NCBI RefSeq assembly: GCF_964204645.1
Contig: NW_027437473.1
Coordinates: 1 to 64,000 of the forward strand
Length of the DNA stretch: 64,000 bases
Reading direction: 5' to 3'
Source: Tubulanus polymorphus
Taxonomy: Eukaryota; Animalia; Nemertea
This document shows positions 52,301-64,000 of the stretch, one piece after another. Made by a program: the position numbers and the translations under genes. Under the pieces are notes generated by a model. It was not told the DNA's origin. It did not search any database and saw nothing but the letters and a program-made list of their open reading frames with translations. Each line of letters begins with the position of its first letter. Positions within the stretch are counted from its first letter, which is position 1.

Positions 52301-55300
52301 TTAACAATAAAAGTTGCATTTATTTACAATTGAACTGGATTGAAAATGTTTGACAGTTTGTGAGTTAAGTGTGATTTGATTAAGATGAAGAGTTGAACTG
52401 TTGAACTCTACTTCTTATAAAATACAAATGACATTTGCAACTGGTTTCAGGTTCAGACAGCACCCCCCACCCGGTCGGGTCCTATTCCTGAGGTACCTCG
52501 GTTTCTGGTTTATTTGGTTGAATTAATTTACTGATTTTGGTCGCGCTGTTTTTGATGTCGATATTTCTCGCGTATATTTTTAGGAGACGCGGTTTTTTTA
52601 ATTGATGATTCAAATCATTGAACGATTATTATATTTAAATCATTCACACCTTGTTATTTTGAGGTCTCCTATCAAATTAATCTCGTAATAGAAGCGGTTG
52701 TTTTTGTACCAGTGAACATCAGTGTTCTATTGCAAACATAGAAATCCATTACATAAAACAGAATTAGATTCATCAATTTATTACAATTATTCTATATGTA
52801 GATTATAAATGTTGGATGTGGCTACGAACTTTTTAAGTCATCAGTTTGAAGTCATTTCGTGTTGTTTTATTTTCCTCACGCCGATTCTAGGTAGGTCTCT
52901 GTGTATTGTAATTTTGCGAGGTCTGTTCCTCCAATTTCACAACCTTCTCGTTGTCGATAAAATTAAATTTCAAAGTTTTAAAATTCACTGTTGAATTCGT
53001 TATAGTTGTGACGATAAACTCAACCAAACGACCATTTCAAATTACGTAACTGAATTAGAAATAGGCCTGAAACAAACTAAGGCTTCGATGTAAATGTAAC
53101 GACTTATCAAAATGATATTTAATTTCACTTCTTTCAGGTTTTGGTGTCTGTGAAGAGTTCACATGCTACTCATTGCTTCCTCGTAAGATGGCGGATGTTT
53201 ATAGGTTATAGGATGGATATTCTCCTCCTCCACTAGGAGGCGCTGTAGGTAAGACGCGGTACAACAATGTTGACAAAATAGAACAAATTCAGCTGATAAT
53301 TCTTGATAGCGTCGATAGAAGAGAAAGTTTTTAATTTATTTCTGGCGGTGGCAATTTAGATCAGGTCTGATTAGAAACTGTTGTAATCAGAGAATAATAG
53401 CTGGTAGTCAGCGAAGAGTCACCACATCTGACTGGTCACCAGTCACCGAACCTGACTGGTCACTGGTCACCACACCTGACTGGTCACTGGTCACCACAAC
53501 CTGATTGGTCACTGGTCACCACACCTGACTGGTCGCCGGTCGCCACACCTGACTGGTCGCCAGTCACCACACCTGCTGACTGGTCACTGGTCACCGCACC
53601 TGACTGGTCATCAGTCACCACACCTGACTGGTCACCAGTCACCGCACTTGACTGATCGCCGGTCACCACACTAACCAGACCAACTTACAAACTCGGTCAG
53701 TCACTACTGATCTATGGCCCAGTGGTCAACATGCTCGGCTGGTATACTGAGGATCGCAGGTTCGAGTCCTGCTAGGGTTAGGATCGAACTAGGATTAGGG
53801 TTACCAGAGCTAGGGTTAGGGAGATTTCAGAGTTATTTCTGTTCTTCCCAGCATGTCGTTTTGGTGAAGAAGGCGTAATTCATTACCGGGGGCGATCGGG
53901 TCTGATTAGAAATTGTTGAAATCAGAAAGATCATAACTTTTTGATATTTCACAAGCAAGATAAACTTGTTCGACTTTTATAAAACAGAAGTAGACCGTAT
54001 GACGTAAACATCAAGCGATTGAAATATTCACTTAACTTTTATTTAGCAAAAAATCCTCGAGATGATTTTGTTTGCTAGATTTAAGTTGTTCAATTAAACA
54101 ACTTAGTATTCAAAAATGATGGTAGTTTTGTTTTTATAATTTTCAATATAAATGGTGGGACTTACTTTTTAGAATATTTGATAACGCAATCGATGCTTCA
54201 AAAAATACCGATAGAAAAGGAGGAATTAGATATATTTATTACATAATTACGTATAATTTTCTGACCGATTAGAGGGATTGAGATCGGCCCAAGTGGAATT
54301 CTAATATGAGGAGCTAACTAAGGGCGATAGCAGCGGTAAATATCAGTAAAAATGGATGTCTAATAAAAGTTTATCGCAGTTACCCGAATATTTTAAAATC
54401 TGTGTTTAATTCTATCGTTGCGAGGAAAAATGAAATTGGTTTTTTCAAAATGAAAATTGTGAATGATTTGAAATGCGTCGTTAAAAGTTGGTTAAAACGG
54501 TTTTTGGGAGAAGGCTATCAATACTCACAGTGATCAGCTTAGTCGCGACCCGGATCACAGTTGTGTCGTCTCTTAGTCGCGACCCGGATCACAGTTGTGT
54601 CGTCTCTTAGTCGCGACCCGGATCACAGTTGTGTCGTCTCTTAGTCGCGACCCGGATCACAGTTGTGTCGTCTCTAAGTCGCGACCCGGATCACAGTTGT
54701 GTCATCTCTTAGTCGCGACCCGGATCACAGTTGTGTCGTCTCTTAGACCGGGCCCAGTCCATATAGAAATGGAAACTTGTGTAAGATGAGACCGGGCCCA
54801 GTCCATATAGAAATGGAAACTTGTGGTCCAATCTCCTCACAATGAAAAATGCCCAGCTCCAAATAAACACCACACAACAATCTGTATAAACTAGATGACA
54901 CAGTCTTTATTTTCAGCAGAATATATTGGGCTTGAGGGCACCATCTTTTCCAAGTAACAACTTTTCCGTACCCTTCTTTTCACAAAACAAACAACACTCT
55001 CCACCATCAAACACCCTTTTCCTCTTAACTGACTCCATTCAGCTGCATTCATCCATGGCAAAGATTTGAGACATGATTTCAAAACAACACCCATTTAATT
55101 GTCGTTTCCAAGGATATTTTGAGCAAACCTAAATTTGAATCATTAGCTGCAAATGAAGTCATGCTCATTTCATCAAAATACAATGGATTTATACGGGATA
55201 TGATGATTCCAGAACTATTTATTAGTGGTCGGACTACTAGATTTTCATTTTATTTAAGTTGTAGCTTTTTTCTCTGCCCAAAAACGGGTAGGGCGACCCG

Positions 55301-56150
55301 GAAAACATAGGAATCGATACCAGTATCACTTTTCTGCGACAACTCAAGATCGGACTGTAACCAAAATAATTTCATAGGCATTTTCCGCCTTGGTTACCAT
55401 GGAGACAGTCAACAATGTTGGAGTACAACCTTTAACAATATGTGCTTCCATGGTAACGGAGTTTGTTTGATGTTGATGTCCCACAGCAACAGGAAAGTCG
55501 GTTATCCATTTATCCATTAATTGAATCTAAATCTATGGTGTCATAGCAACGACGTTTCAACAATGATGGTCATTATGATTCGTCATATGAAACACGGGTA
55601 ATAAATGAATTATGTTATTATTTAGTTAACTAAAACTGATTAATATAATTCCCGTGTCTTTGCATTAACAGAAATTTTCAGCCCTGTGAACAGCGCCCAG
55701 ATTAGGTTGCTAGGCAGCAGCCAACAATATATGATTTTAAACGTTGGATTCCTGGGTTTGACAAAACATGTATAAGCGTATATATATATATGAAACCATA
55801 CTCTGCTGACGCGCAAAAGGTTAACAACCTTTTAAGGTTAATTTGCAATATATTTGACGATTTTCCTTCCTAACGAATACCTCGTATTTAGCGCCCCCTA
55901 TAGGCCGAAAGTGAAAAATCACATAGTGGCAGACAGGTGTTTCAGGGGGTGGGGGGAGTCTCACCTTTCATTTAAGCCCGGGTGCCAAGCTCTACCCAAA
56001 AATGCCCAAAGATTGGTCTTGGATAGCTGACTATATAGGTTGAGACCTTCTCTGTCCCGTACAGTGAATAAACATTGGTTAACAATAAAATAGACACGAA
56101 ATACACAATTATATAAACAATTGACTACAGCGAGCAAGATAAAAATGGTG
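49305..56150. repeat. Segmental duplication, block B (paralog of about 7203-15120)
   Basis: Collinear and near-identical to block A, including all tandem-repeat loci. Confidence 0.95.
53415..53822. repeat. Short 24-bp minisatellite plus tRNA-derived/TTAGGG module (paralog of 11020-12295)
   Basis: Same unit, about 10 copies, then ggcccagtggtcaac...ggttcgagtcctgctagggttagg. Confidence 0.8.
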
Positions 56151-57006
56151 AATATCAGATTATCTGCATTTGTTGAGATTTATTGCCATGGTGACCGCAA
56201 AATGTTTGATTTTCTCATTCGGAAAATATGACTGTGGATCATGGAATTCGGGCTCGAATACTTGTGCTGTCCAAATCAATGTTTGCAGTTGCGCCCTTCA
56301 GACGTGTGGTTTTAATGATCCTACAGTAGGAGGTAAAATCTTTGGATCAATTTTACCTCCCATCTCAACTACGGTATATTAGTCATGTTCGATGTTATAT
56401 TCAAAATGTACCAAATAATGTGGAGAAGATGTTTCAAGAAAAAGATGGTTTAAAACCTGTGAGGCAACTCAAATATATGCAACAACTATATTTGCCGAAA
56501 AAAAACACACACAAAATGAGAAAATCAAAGATTTGCGATTGCCATGGCAATAAATCTCAACAAATTCAGATTTTTTTCCGAGATAATCTGATACCGCGTG
56601 TAAAGTTTACTTCAATTTCCGACAATAAGATTTCACACATATATAATGTGAATTCCAAAATCTAGGCCCCAATGACCATATGGTCACTTTTTGGAAATTT
56701 GGATACAAAACGGTTGCTATGGCAACGACGGTAACAATGAAAATTGGGCAGCGGTCATTTTCGTGTTCAGGGAAGTCCACTGAACTACCCGACATGCGGG
56801 CTGCCAAGCTGTAACATGCCATACATAACAACCCACAATTCAGAAGATAAGCTCTAGGATAAACTGCGGTTTAATATCAGTTCAGTTTCTGTTGTGTTTC
56901 TAGAGAAGTGACGTTTTACAAAATGCGCGTTAGTCGATTGAATCTTATAAATCGATGAATCTACTTAATTTGCGTCACTGAGCTCCGATATCGATGATAT
57001 ATCAGA

Positions 57007-59876
57007 TTAATCAGATTCATCTGATGAATCAGATGAATCAGATGAATCTGATAATACAGATGCTGGGTAGTAAACCCCTATTATTACTCTCAGTCTTTTA
57101 TTGAGTTTTTTAAGTTCTGATATGATGTAATCTCTCGTCGTATCGGGGTCGGTGCTCCAGCAGCGGATATACAGGTCAGAAAGATGCGGAAGATTATTGA
57201 TTAATTCGACGATTAATTTGCCGAATAAATCGATATCGTGCTGTGTATTAATCAGCGCGAGTAAACCGTGAAACTTTAAACAACGAATTGATGAGACGTG
57301 TTTTAGTTGTTTAAAGATGCGATTGTTCTGTTCCGGTCTATCGAGACGGCTATCAATACGGACTTGTATCAGCTGATTTACCGCATCTGTTGATAGATAC
57401 CGAACAAGTGCGTCAACATCAGCTTCTGAACACAACACTATTTCTAATACAGTCAGCCGCGGCAGGTGATCTAGAACGCGGTGTTTTGGTAAATTAGATC
57501 CGTTAATGACAAGACGTTTTAGTTTCTGCATTGAACCGACACTATCACTCATTGCTGCACATTGATCTGTCGTTAGTTCGCGCAGTTCGCTCAGTTCGAG
57601 CAGTTCGCGCAGTTCGCGCAGTCCGCGCAGTCCGCGCAGTCCGCGCACTCCGAGCTGAATTGTTTCGATGTCTGACGATTTTATCGTGTTGTTTAAATCA
57701 TTCAATTCCTCCGAACCGATCAAATCTTTATCGAATATTACTCCAAAAAGACATAAGGTTTTCAAACTCGGAATGATGTTTATCAGCCCTCTGATTGTAT
57801 TTCTATCGAGCTGATATTCCCACAGCGATCTGAGATATAGATGTTTTATGGATGGATACGATTCGTGAATATTGACTAAAATATAACCTAAACGTTCCGC
57901 ACATATACGAGGATCAATAATCAGACTCTCCACTGTATTGTGTGTGTTAGTATCAACACTGATCAACCGCGCGTCATATTCAGTGTTAATCTCGTGACTT
58001 GTAATAATCCATTCATTATTGAGTTTCTTGTAACATTCACAAATGTCGTCGAGGTATCTACCTCGCCGCACAAACCAGTTTATACTGTTGCTCTTCTTAC
58101 ACATAGTCAAACACTGATCGGGTTTTGATGACCCGTATGTATCTAATATCATACCGTGAAGACTAGTGTTACTCGCTATGGCTGTTTCTAATACGCGGTA
58201 TTCGTCGGGTTTCAGTATCATATAACCCTTTATGTAAACTAGCTCGATCTGACATTGTTTGTGTTCGAGTATTTTTGCGAGCATGTTTATCCACGATCTG
58301 CTATAATATGCAGATACGAACAACATTTTCTGCATGTAGTGAACTATTTCACAAATGGCGTCGTCCGGCCAGTCGGCTTCATTCATGCAGATTAACAACT
58401 GATCAGATAAAACAGTTCTTTCGGATCGGAGTTCGATGTAGCGTTCGTAATCGGGGATGAGCGCCATATCTGCCGATTCCCTAGTAACCGTAACCAAGGA
58501 CTCTAACCTATCCACTATTGTGACTGCTTTTAAATGTTCATCTATTAAAGTCTTGAAAAGTTCACCGAGGCCGCGGTTATACTTGTAACGATACAGCAGC
58601 CCTGCCATGAATCTCGGGTATAATTCACCATATTTCACAAGTTCGTCCGGTAGTTGTTCAAACGCGCATTTATTCCAGGGTGTTTTCCAGGGTATTTCAT
58701 TACTGTTGTTGAATTGTACGACCGAGTGTACCGCCGCCAGAAATTCGTGCACAGATTTGTGTATGAACCGCAGCTGGACGGAGCGGTCTGATTTCCGTCG
58801 CGGCGACACCTCTTTGCATGTCAAAGCCGTCCTTTTCGATTCGTCGAGTTCAAGACGACTTTCGGTGAAGCTGTTTTGATGCTCGATGAGCGTCTCATAC
58901 GCGACTTGACAAATTTCTTTAAGCGCTTCGGAATTTCCGATATTGCGGAAAAAACATTCCTTCGACAACTCGAGGCCCTCGCGTTTACTGATTAGAAAAC
59001 ATGTCAAATCGATGTAGATATCGGTGAGTTTTGATGGTATCGTAATTTCTTCCTCGTCCATATACAGATAACGAAACATAAGTAGTATCAGCGGGTTGTA
59101 GTAGATACTGTTAAATAAAGGTGACGCTGCGTATCTAAGCTTGTCGAATAGCTGATATGGATCGCGCTTGGGGAATTTTCTCTCCAGAATTTCGATGACT
59201 TCTTTCTGTTTGAAGCCGGATATCGATACAACAGTGAATTTGGGATCAGTGACGATCATGCTGCCCCCGGACTCACGTGTTGTTATGACGATATGCGCTT
59301 TCGGTAATTCATTGGTCACGTGTACGATGTCTTTCTTCGCTTTATCACTTTTCAACTCGTCGAAGCCGTCTAGAAAAAATATCGATTTTTCTGCATTTTC
59401 CCGTAAGAATCTCTCAAAACCAATCAGCAGATTCTCTTCGATTACTCGATATAAAAGATTTTTGTAAATGTACTTATAAATACACGCGTTATCAGCGGGC
59501 AGTTCATTTAACGGTATATAGAATAACATAGGAAACTTTGCTACAAACTCCGTTGTTGATGTTGTCCAGGTTAACACTTGATTAACTACCTGAGTAGTTT
59601 TACCCATACCGGGTTCACCTACAAGGCACACGGGTTTCACATCACTCTCTTTATAAGTGAAAAGTTTCTCGAAATGATCGGGTAAAATCAATGACTGCTC
59701 CTCACTTCCTTCATTTTTCTTCGGGTTTCGTTTTTGGGCTCGAATTTTCGCGTTTTCTTGGGTGAAGAAGTCGTTTAAATTGGTGACTTCATCGCTCCAC
59801 GAAACCTCTTTGTAATTTTCATCATCGATCATTCGTTGATACGTTTCTTTCAGGTTCTTCTGAACTTGATCAACAT
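57007..59876 (-). CDS. NLR3 large exon: NACHT plus LRR, with an acidic Ser/Asp tail
   Basis: Same NACHT motifs; phase-1 acceptor with the exon beginning at 59876. The ORF-track start at 59940 is probably intronic read-through. Confidence 0.92.
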
Positions 59877-62800
59877 CTGTAAAAATAAAACCAGTTTGAG
59901 ATTTTTTTAGAATTTCTATGGCGGCTGATTTTGCCTCCAAATCATAGAATCATAGAAAATGTCATGAGCTTAAATTGAACAATTGACCGCAGTTACAAAA
60001 TATGCCTAGGTACCAAGGAACTAATGAGTTCTTCTGCTATTCAACGCCCCCTAGTGACCTTAAACAAAAACCAACGATCCTGAAACTCACCACAATCATA
60101 CATCATGTCATGAGCTAAAACTTTGCAATTGATTGCGGTGGCAAAATATGCACCAGAAAGAATCTTTCTGTGGGGTCGGGTTAGCAACAAGTTCGATCAG
60201 AGACATTCAAGGTCCCATCTACACGAGTGGAAAAATCCTTTATTTTCAATCTGCACGAGGAAAACATTTCCAAAAGTCACCTTTAAAAAAGTCGGCTTTT
60301 TCACCTTTTTTAAAAATTATACTTAATCTAAAGATAAACGGCTTCGTTGATTTTGGTGAACTTCACGTGTTACTAAAACGAGGGCGATATCATCACAGCT
60401 CCGCAGTAAATACTGCAAACTACGCCGCGCATCAATATGGAATTTTCAGCACAGGACAAAATGTTTATTAATCTTTCTCATCTTTCTCAGAATTTCAGTT
60501 TGAGTCAATCGGATGACAACAATTCATTTCATTTAGTTCTTAACTTTTGAAATGAGGATCGGAAAAATGTATTAGTCACGTGATACACGATGAACCGGTT
60601 TTCTGAACACAAATCTTCGCTGCTTACGCGCATAAGAAGTGCCGGTTTTATGTCCTTGCGCAGGGAAACCAAATATACTTTGTTAATTTAGATTTCATCA
60701 AGAAATTGTTTCTAGGCCTGGGATATACAATACACTAAGTAGCAGCACACCTCAATGAGTATGAATTACTTTTTTTAGAAAGGCCGATCAGCCATATCGG
60801 TGCGCAAAAGTAAAGGGATATCCCGATATGACATCAGGCGGGAAAATTATTATTATTTTACAGAATTCTTTCAGAAATAAATTCATTTGTTCTTTCAACA
60901 AACCCAGGGAAGTGCAACAAATTTCCCTGAACTAATTACAAAGCTACGTATCTTGTGTCAAATAACAGAAAAAATGGGAAAATGAAGTCGAACCACTAAA
61001 ACATCGTGGTCGGCGTTGCTACGCGACCCGACCACAAAAATGAAATCAGTTTGAGATATTTTAAGCCGGGTGTAAGTCGGTTGCGACGCGATAAGTCTTT
61101 TTGCAGTTGCCAGGCGCCATTTTTGGGTACCCACCGGGTCCGCATTGTTGAATTCTTGTCCCAATTTTTCCCCATTTTAATTTTTCTTATTTCGTTCATA
61201 TCTCTGGATTGGATTAAGATAGAAACAAAGTAAAAATATCGATGAACTCAGCTGATAATTAACTTTTCTATGATATCACTCATTCATAAATTTAAAGCAA
61301 TAATGCGCGCTGGTGAAGTTATAAACATTCATATCCTCTTCCCGATAATTCAACTTGAATTTTTGCTCATCTCATTCAAAAGTTCGTAATTCTTACAAAT
61401 CTTAATCTACATTTTCATTGTTCAATTTTGAAGGCAGGGTCTGGACTACCGATTCCCAACCCCGAAGTCTGTCCTTGTTTTACTAGAACTGCCTATATAT
61501 CTTTATTTGCCATTTTTTTCAAATGGCTAAGTACCCTTATTTCCATAGTTATTGATTTCAATAAAGCAGGGGCCGGTAAAATTGTGAAATTTCCTGATAT
61601 AAAGAAACGATCGTACTTGCGATTGTCACGTGGTAACTAAAATTGGCACCAAACCACGCAAAGATAAAAAAAGTTTCGAATTTCTGGCCTATTAGGGAAA
61701 ATTGGGTTTCAACACAGCTATTTAGTAATAGTCCTTGACTTAGAGCTAAAATAACTGGTCTTTATGGTCAAAGCAGCTTGAAAACAAATGAAAGAGATTA
61801 AATTCTCGATAAGAAATTCTACGAATCCTTCAAAAAAAATTATTTCAAAACGCATCTCACAACTATTGTGGGTTCGAATCCCAGTATTACTGGATCAAAT
61901 CGCGCATCTCCCAGTCACGAGAGGGCGTAGCCGCAGGCTTATTGCGACGATCGCGTCGCAGTAAGTAGAACATGTGCGACTTGCTGCGACTGGCGTCGTT
62001 AAAATTTCTATGGTCGCTGATTTGGTCTCAAAATTTCCGGTCGATTGAGAAAAATTAGCTAAAAGAAAATATTTGTTACAGCTTGTTCGAAAACAGCTTT
62101 TATTTGAGCGCTCACTGAAAAAAACTTATAGGTCCTGATATCAACGAGTTGATCTAAGCAAATCAACTTTTAAATCAATTCATTGATCGCGTTTACAAAA
62201 TATGCAGAGTTACCAATATAAATGGAAAATTGTATTCAATTCAATATTTAATTCTCCTGGTGGGTTGAACAAAAGACCGAAATTCCATGTCCTATGACAT
62301 TGCTGATAACGACCAAATATCAAGACTAAGTTAAAATCACTCACCCACTAAGTGAAAATGACATTTTCCCCAAAAACACCTCTTTTCATATGTGTGCAAG
62401 AAATTACGTTAAAATTGAATGATGAAAAAAACCTGTCTGATGTGTCAGGAAATCCCTTTTTCAAAAAATACCAATCACAAATTCCAACAGAAAATACCAA
62501 ACAATTAGGAAGCTACAGGTCTCGGAATTTAGACCAAAAATAGGTACAAAAAGGTCTCAGGACGGCCATATTGAGTCCGATCGACCAAATTTTAACTTTT
62601 TCTTATGCTGATGTGCGCTGTGGAGATATATACTTATAAAAGATAAAGGATATTGATTAAAGTCATTCCAATTCCAATATTTGATGAATTTTCATTATAA
62701 GTAATCTGTTTATTATTAAGATTGAAATTATGTTATTTTCGTTTTTCAATTCTCAAGTTAATCAAATCATTGTAACCTTTAGAAAGTATTAAATCATCAT

Positions 62801-63447
62801 TTCTTTCTTTAAAAGGAGTTTCAAGAATATTCATTATTTTTTCATCTAAATTACCTTTATAATCTAAAACTGTATTGAATATTTTAGGATTTCTGGAGCC
62901 ATTATGGAAAGTATCTATTAGTTCAGTAATTAAATATGTTTCATTTAATAATATTTGATTAATTACAGTAATTTTATCAATTTTATTTCGTCTTCCATAA
63001 ACTAAATTTGTTGCTGAGATATAATTTTTAATGTTTAACAATCGAGGAATTCATGCCTGAAATGTGGCTATAAAAACTGATCGTATGTTTACTAGATTTT
63101 GAGTAGGTGTCAGTCACAAGTTCTTCCAATAGCAATAAATATGTATGAACTGGCTGCCTGTCAGCCATCTTGATCGTGAACAGGGACAATCCGAAATAAC
63201 TGGATTCCATCTATGGACGAACGGGCAAAAAGTGAAATCAACAGCCAACTGGGACTAAAGTCCCAACTGGGCTTAAACAATCGTACGCCACCTGGTGGAT
63301 AGAATGTCTTGATATAATTTTCTATTATTTTAGTTAAAGATTTAGAACGATCTTTAGAGACATGGTCAAAGACTTCGGACCAGTCTTATGATTTAGGATC
63401 ACATTTGGACTCAAGCACGAGTTCTGATGGTAGAAATCTATAATTAC

Positions 63448-63582
63448 CGAGATTCTCAGCAGGTCTGTCGATAGTTTGTGTATCTCCAAGGTAAACATTC
63501 ATCGTATTATTGCCACCCATTTGAACCATTGATTCATTTACATTCACTTTATTTACATTACTCTGTACCAAAGCACCACAAA
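63448..63582 (-). CDS. NLR3 N-terminal cassette exon carrying a RHIM; further exons probably lie beyond the window
   Basis: 135 nt, phase 1-1; (V)CGALVQSNVNKVNVNESMVQMGGNNTMNVYLGDTQTIDRPAENL. Confidence 0.83.
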
Positions 63583-64000
63583 CTGAAAAACAGAATTTAG
63601 AATTCAGTCATTTTATCTCAACAAGTGCAGCACATTTTTCCTGACCTAATTGTTTTGTCCAGTATTTACACAATCAGCCTCTACTCATATTCAGACTGAA
63701 GTTTTCTTTGTTTCCGCTACTGATAAAGGATAATGGAATGTAGGAAAAAAATGGCCAAGGAAAATTTATGAGAACTACTGACAATGTTAATAAAACATTA
63801 AGCCTTCAAATTAATGACATCTTATATTTTTCATGGGGCTTAAAACAATTAAAATCGGTATAAATGAGATCAGAAATTTGATTAACTTACATTTCATTTC
63901 ATTACAGGATTGCTACATTGGAGAGTGATTGAATCCTATGTCTGAACTCAACTAACCCATGATGAGTTCACTCCTACATGTAGCAATCCTCCACCTAATA

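Noticed and set aside
59877-59940. ORF-track N-terminus MEAKSAAIEILKK... of NLR3, and the MIDDENY starts of NLR1 and NLR2
   Set aside because: The 59940 start is TTG and runs through a polypyrimidine tract and AG conserved in all three copies. The phase-1 acceptor matches the upstream cassette exons, so a spliced model fits better.

Overview
AT-rich, intron-containing eukaryotic DNA, probably from an invertebrate animal. The window is dominated by a tandem cluster of three minus-strand NLR genes (NACHT + LRR) made by segmental duplication: large exons 19101-21796, 31810-34523 and 57007-59876. The ORF track misses their N-termini. Each large exon starts at a phase-1 acceptor (ttttatttttacag|AT) and is preceded by short, duplicated, symmetric phase-1 exons of 96-144 nt. 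These encode a canonical RHIM amyloid motif (VQIGDNNTM / VQMGGNNTM), a degenerate RHIM-like variant, or a RHIM-less acidic spacer, and no death-fold exon is visible. This suggests animal NLRs that signal through an N-terminal amyloid motif, with a modular exon-cassette N-terminus. A hidden three-exon gene at about 48368-49180 (minus) encodes a secreted pre-pro-peptide. Its 34-aa, 8-Cys mature part resembles APETx/BDS-type defensin-fold toxins. The rest comprises an apparently intact APE-RT LINE inserted just downstream of NLR1, BEL/Pao and Penelope relics, tRNA-like repeats, MITE-like elements and many tandem repeats whose copy number differs between the duplicated blocks. All calls come from reading the sequence by eye; no database searches were run.
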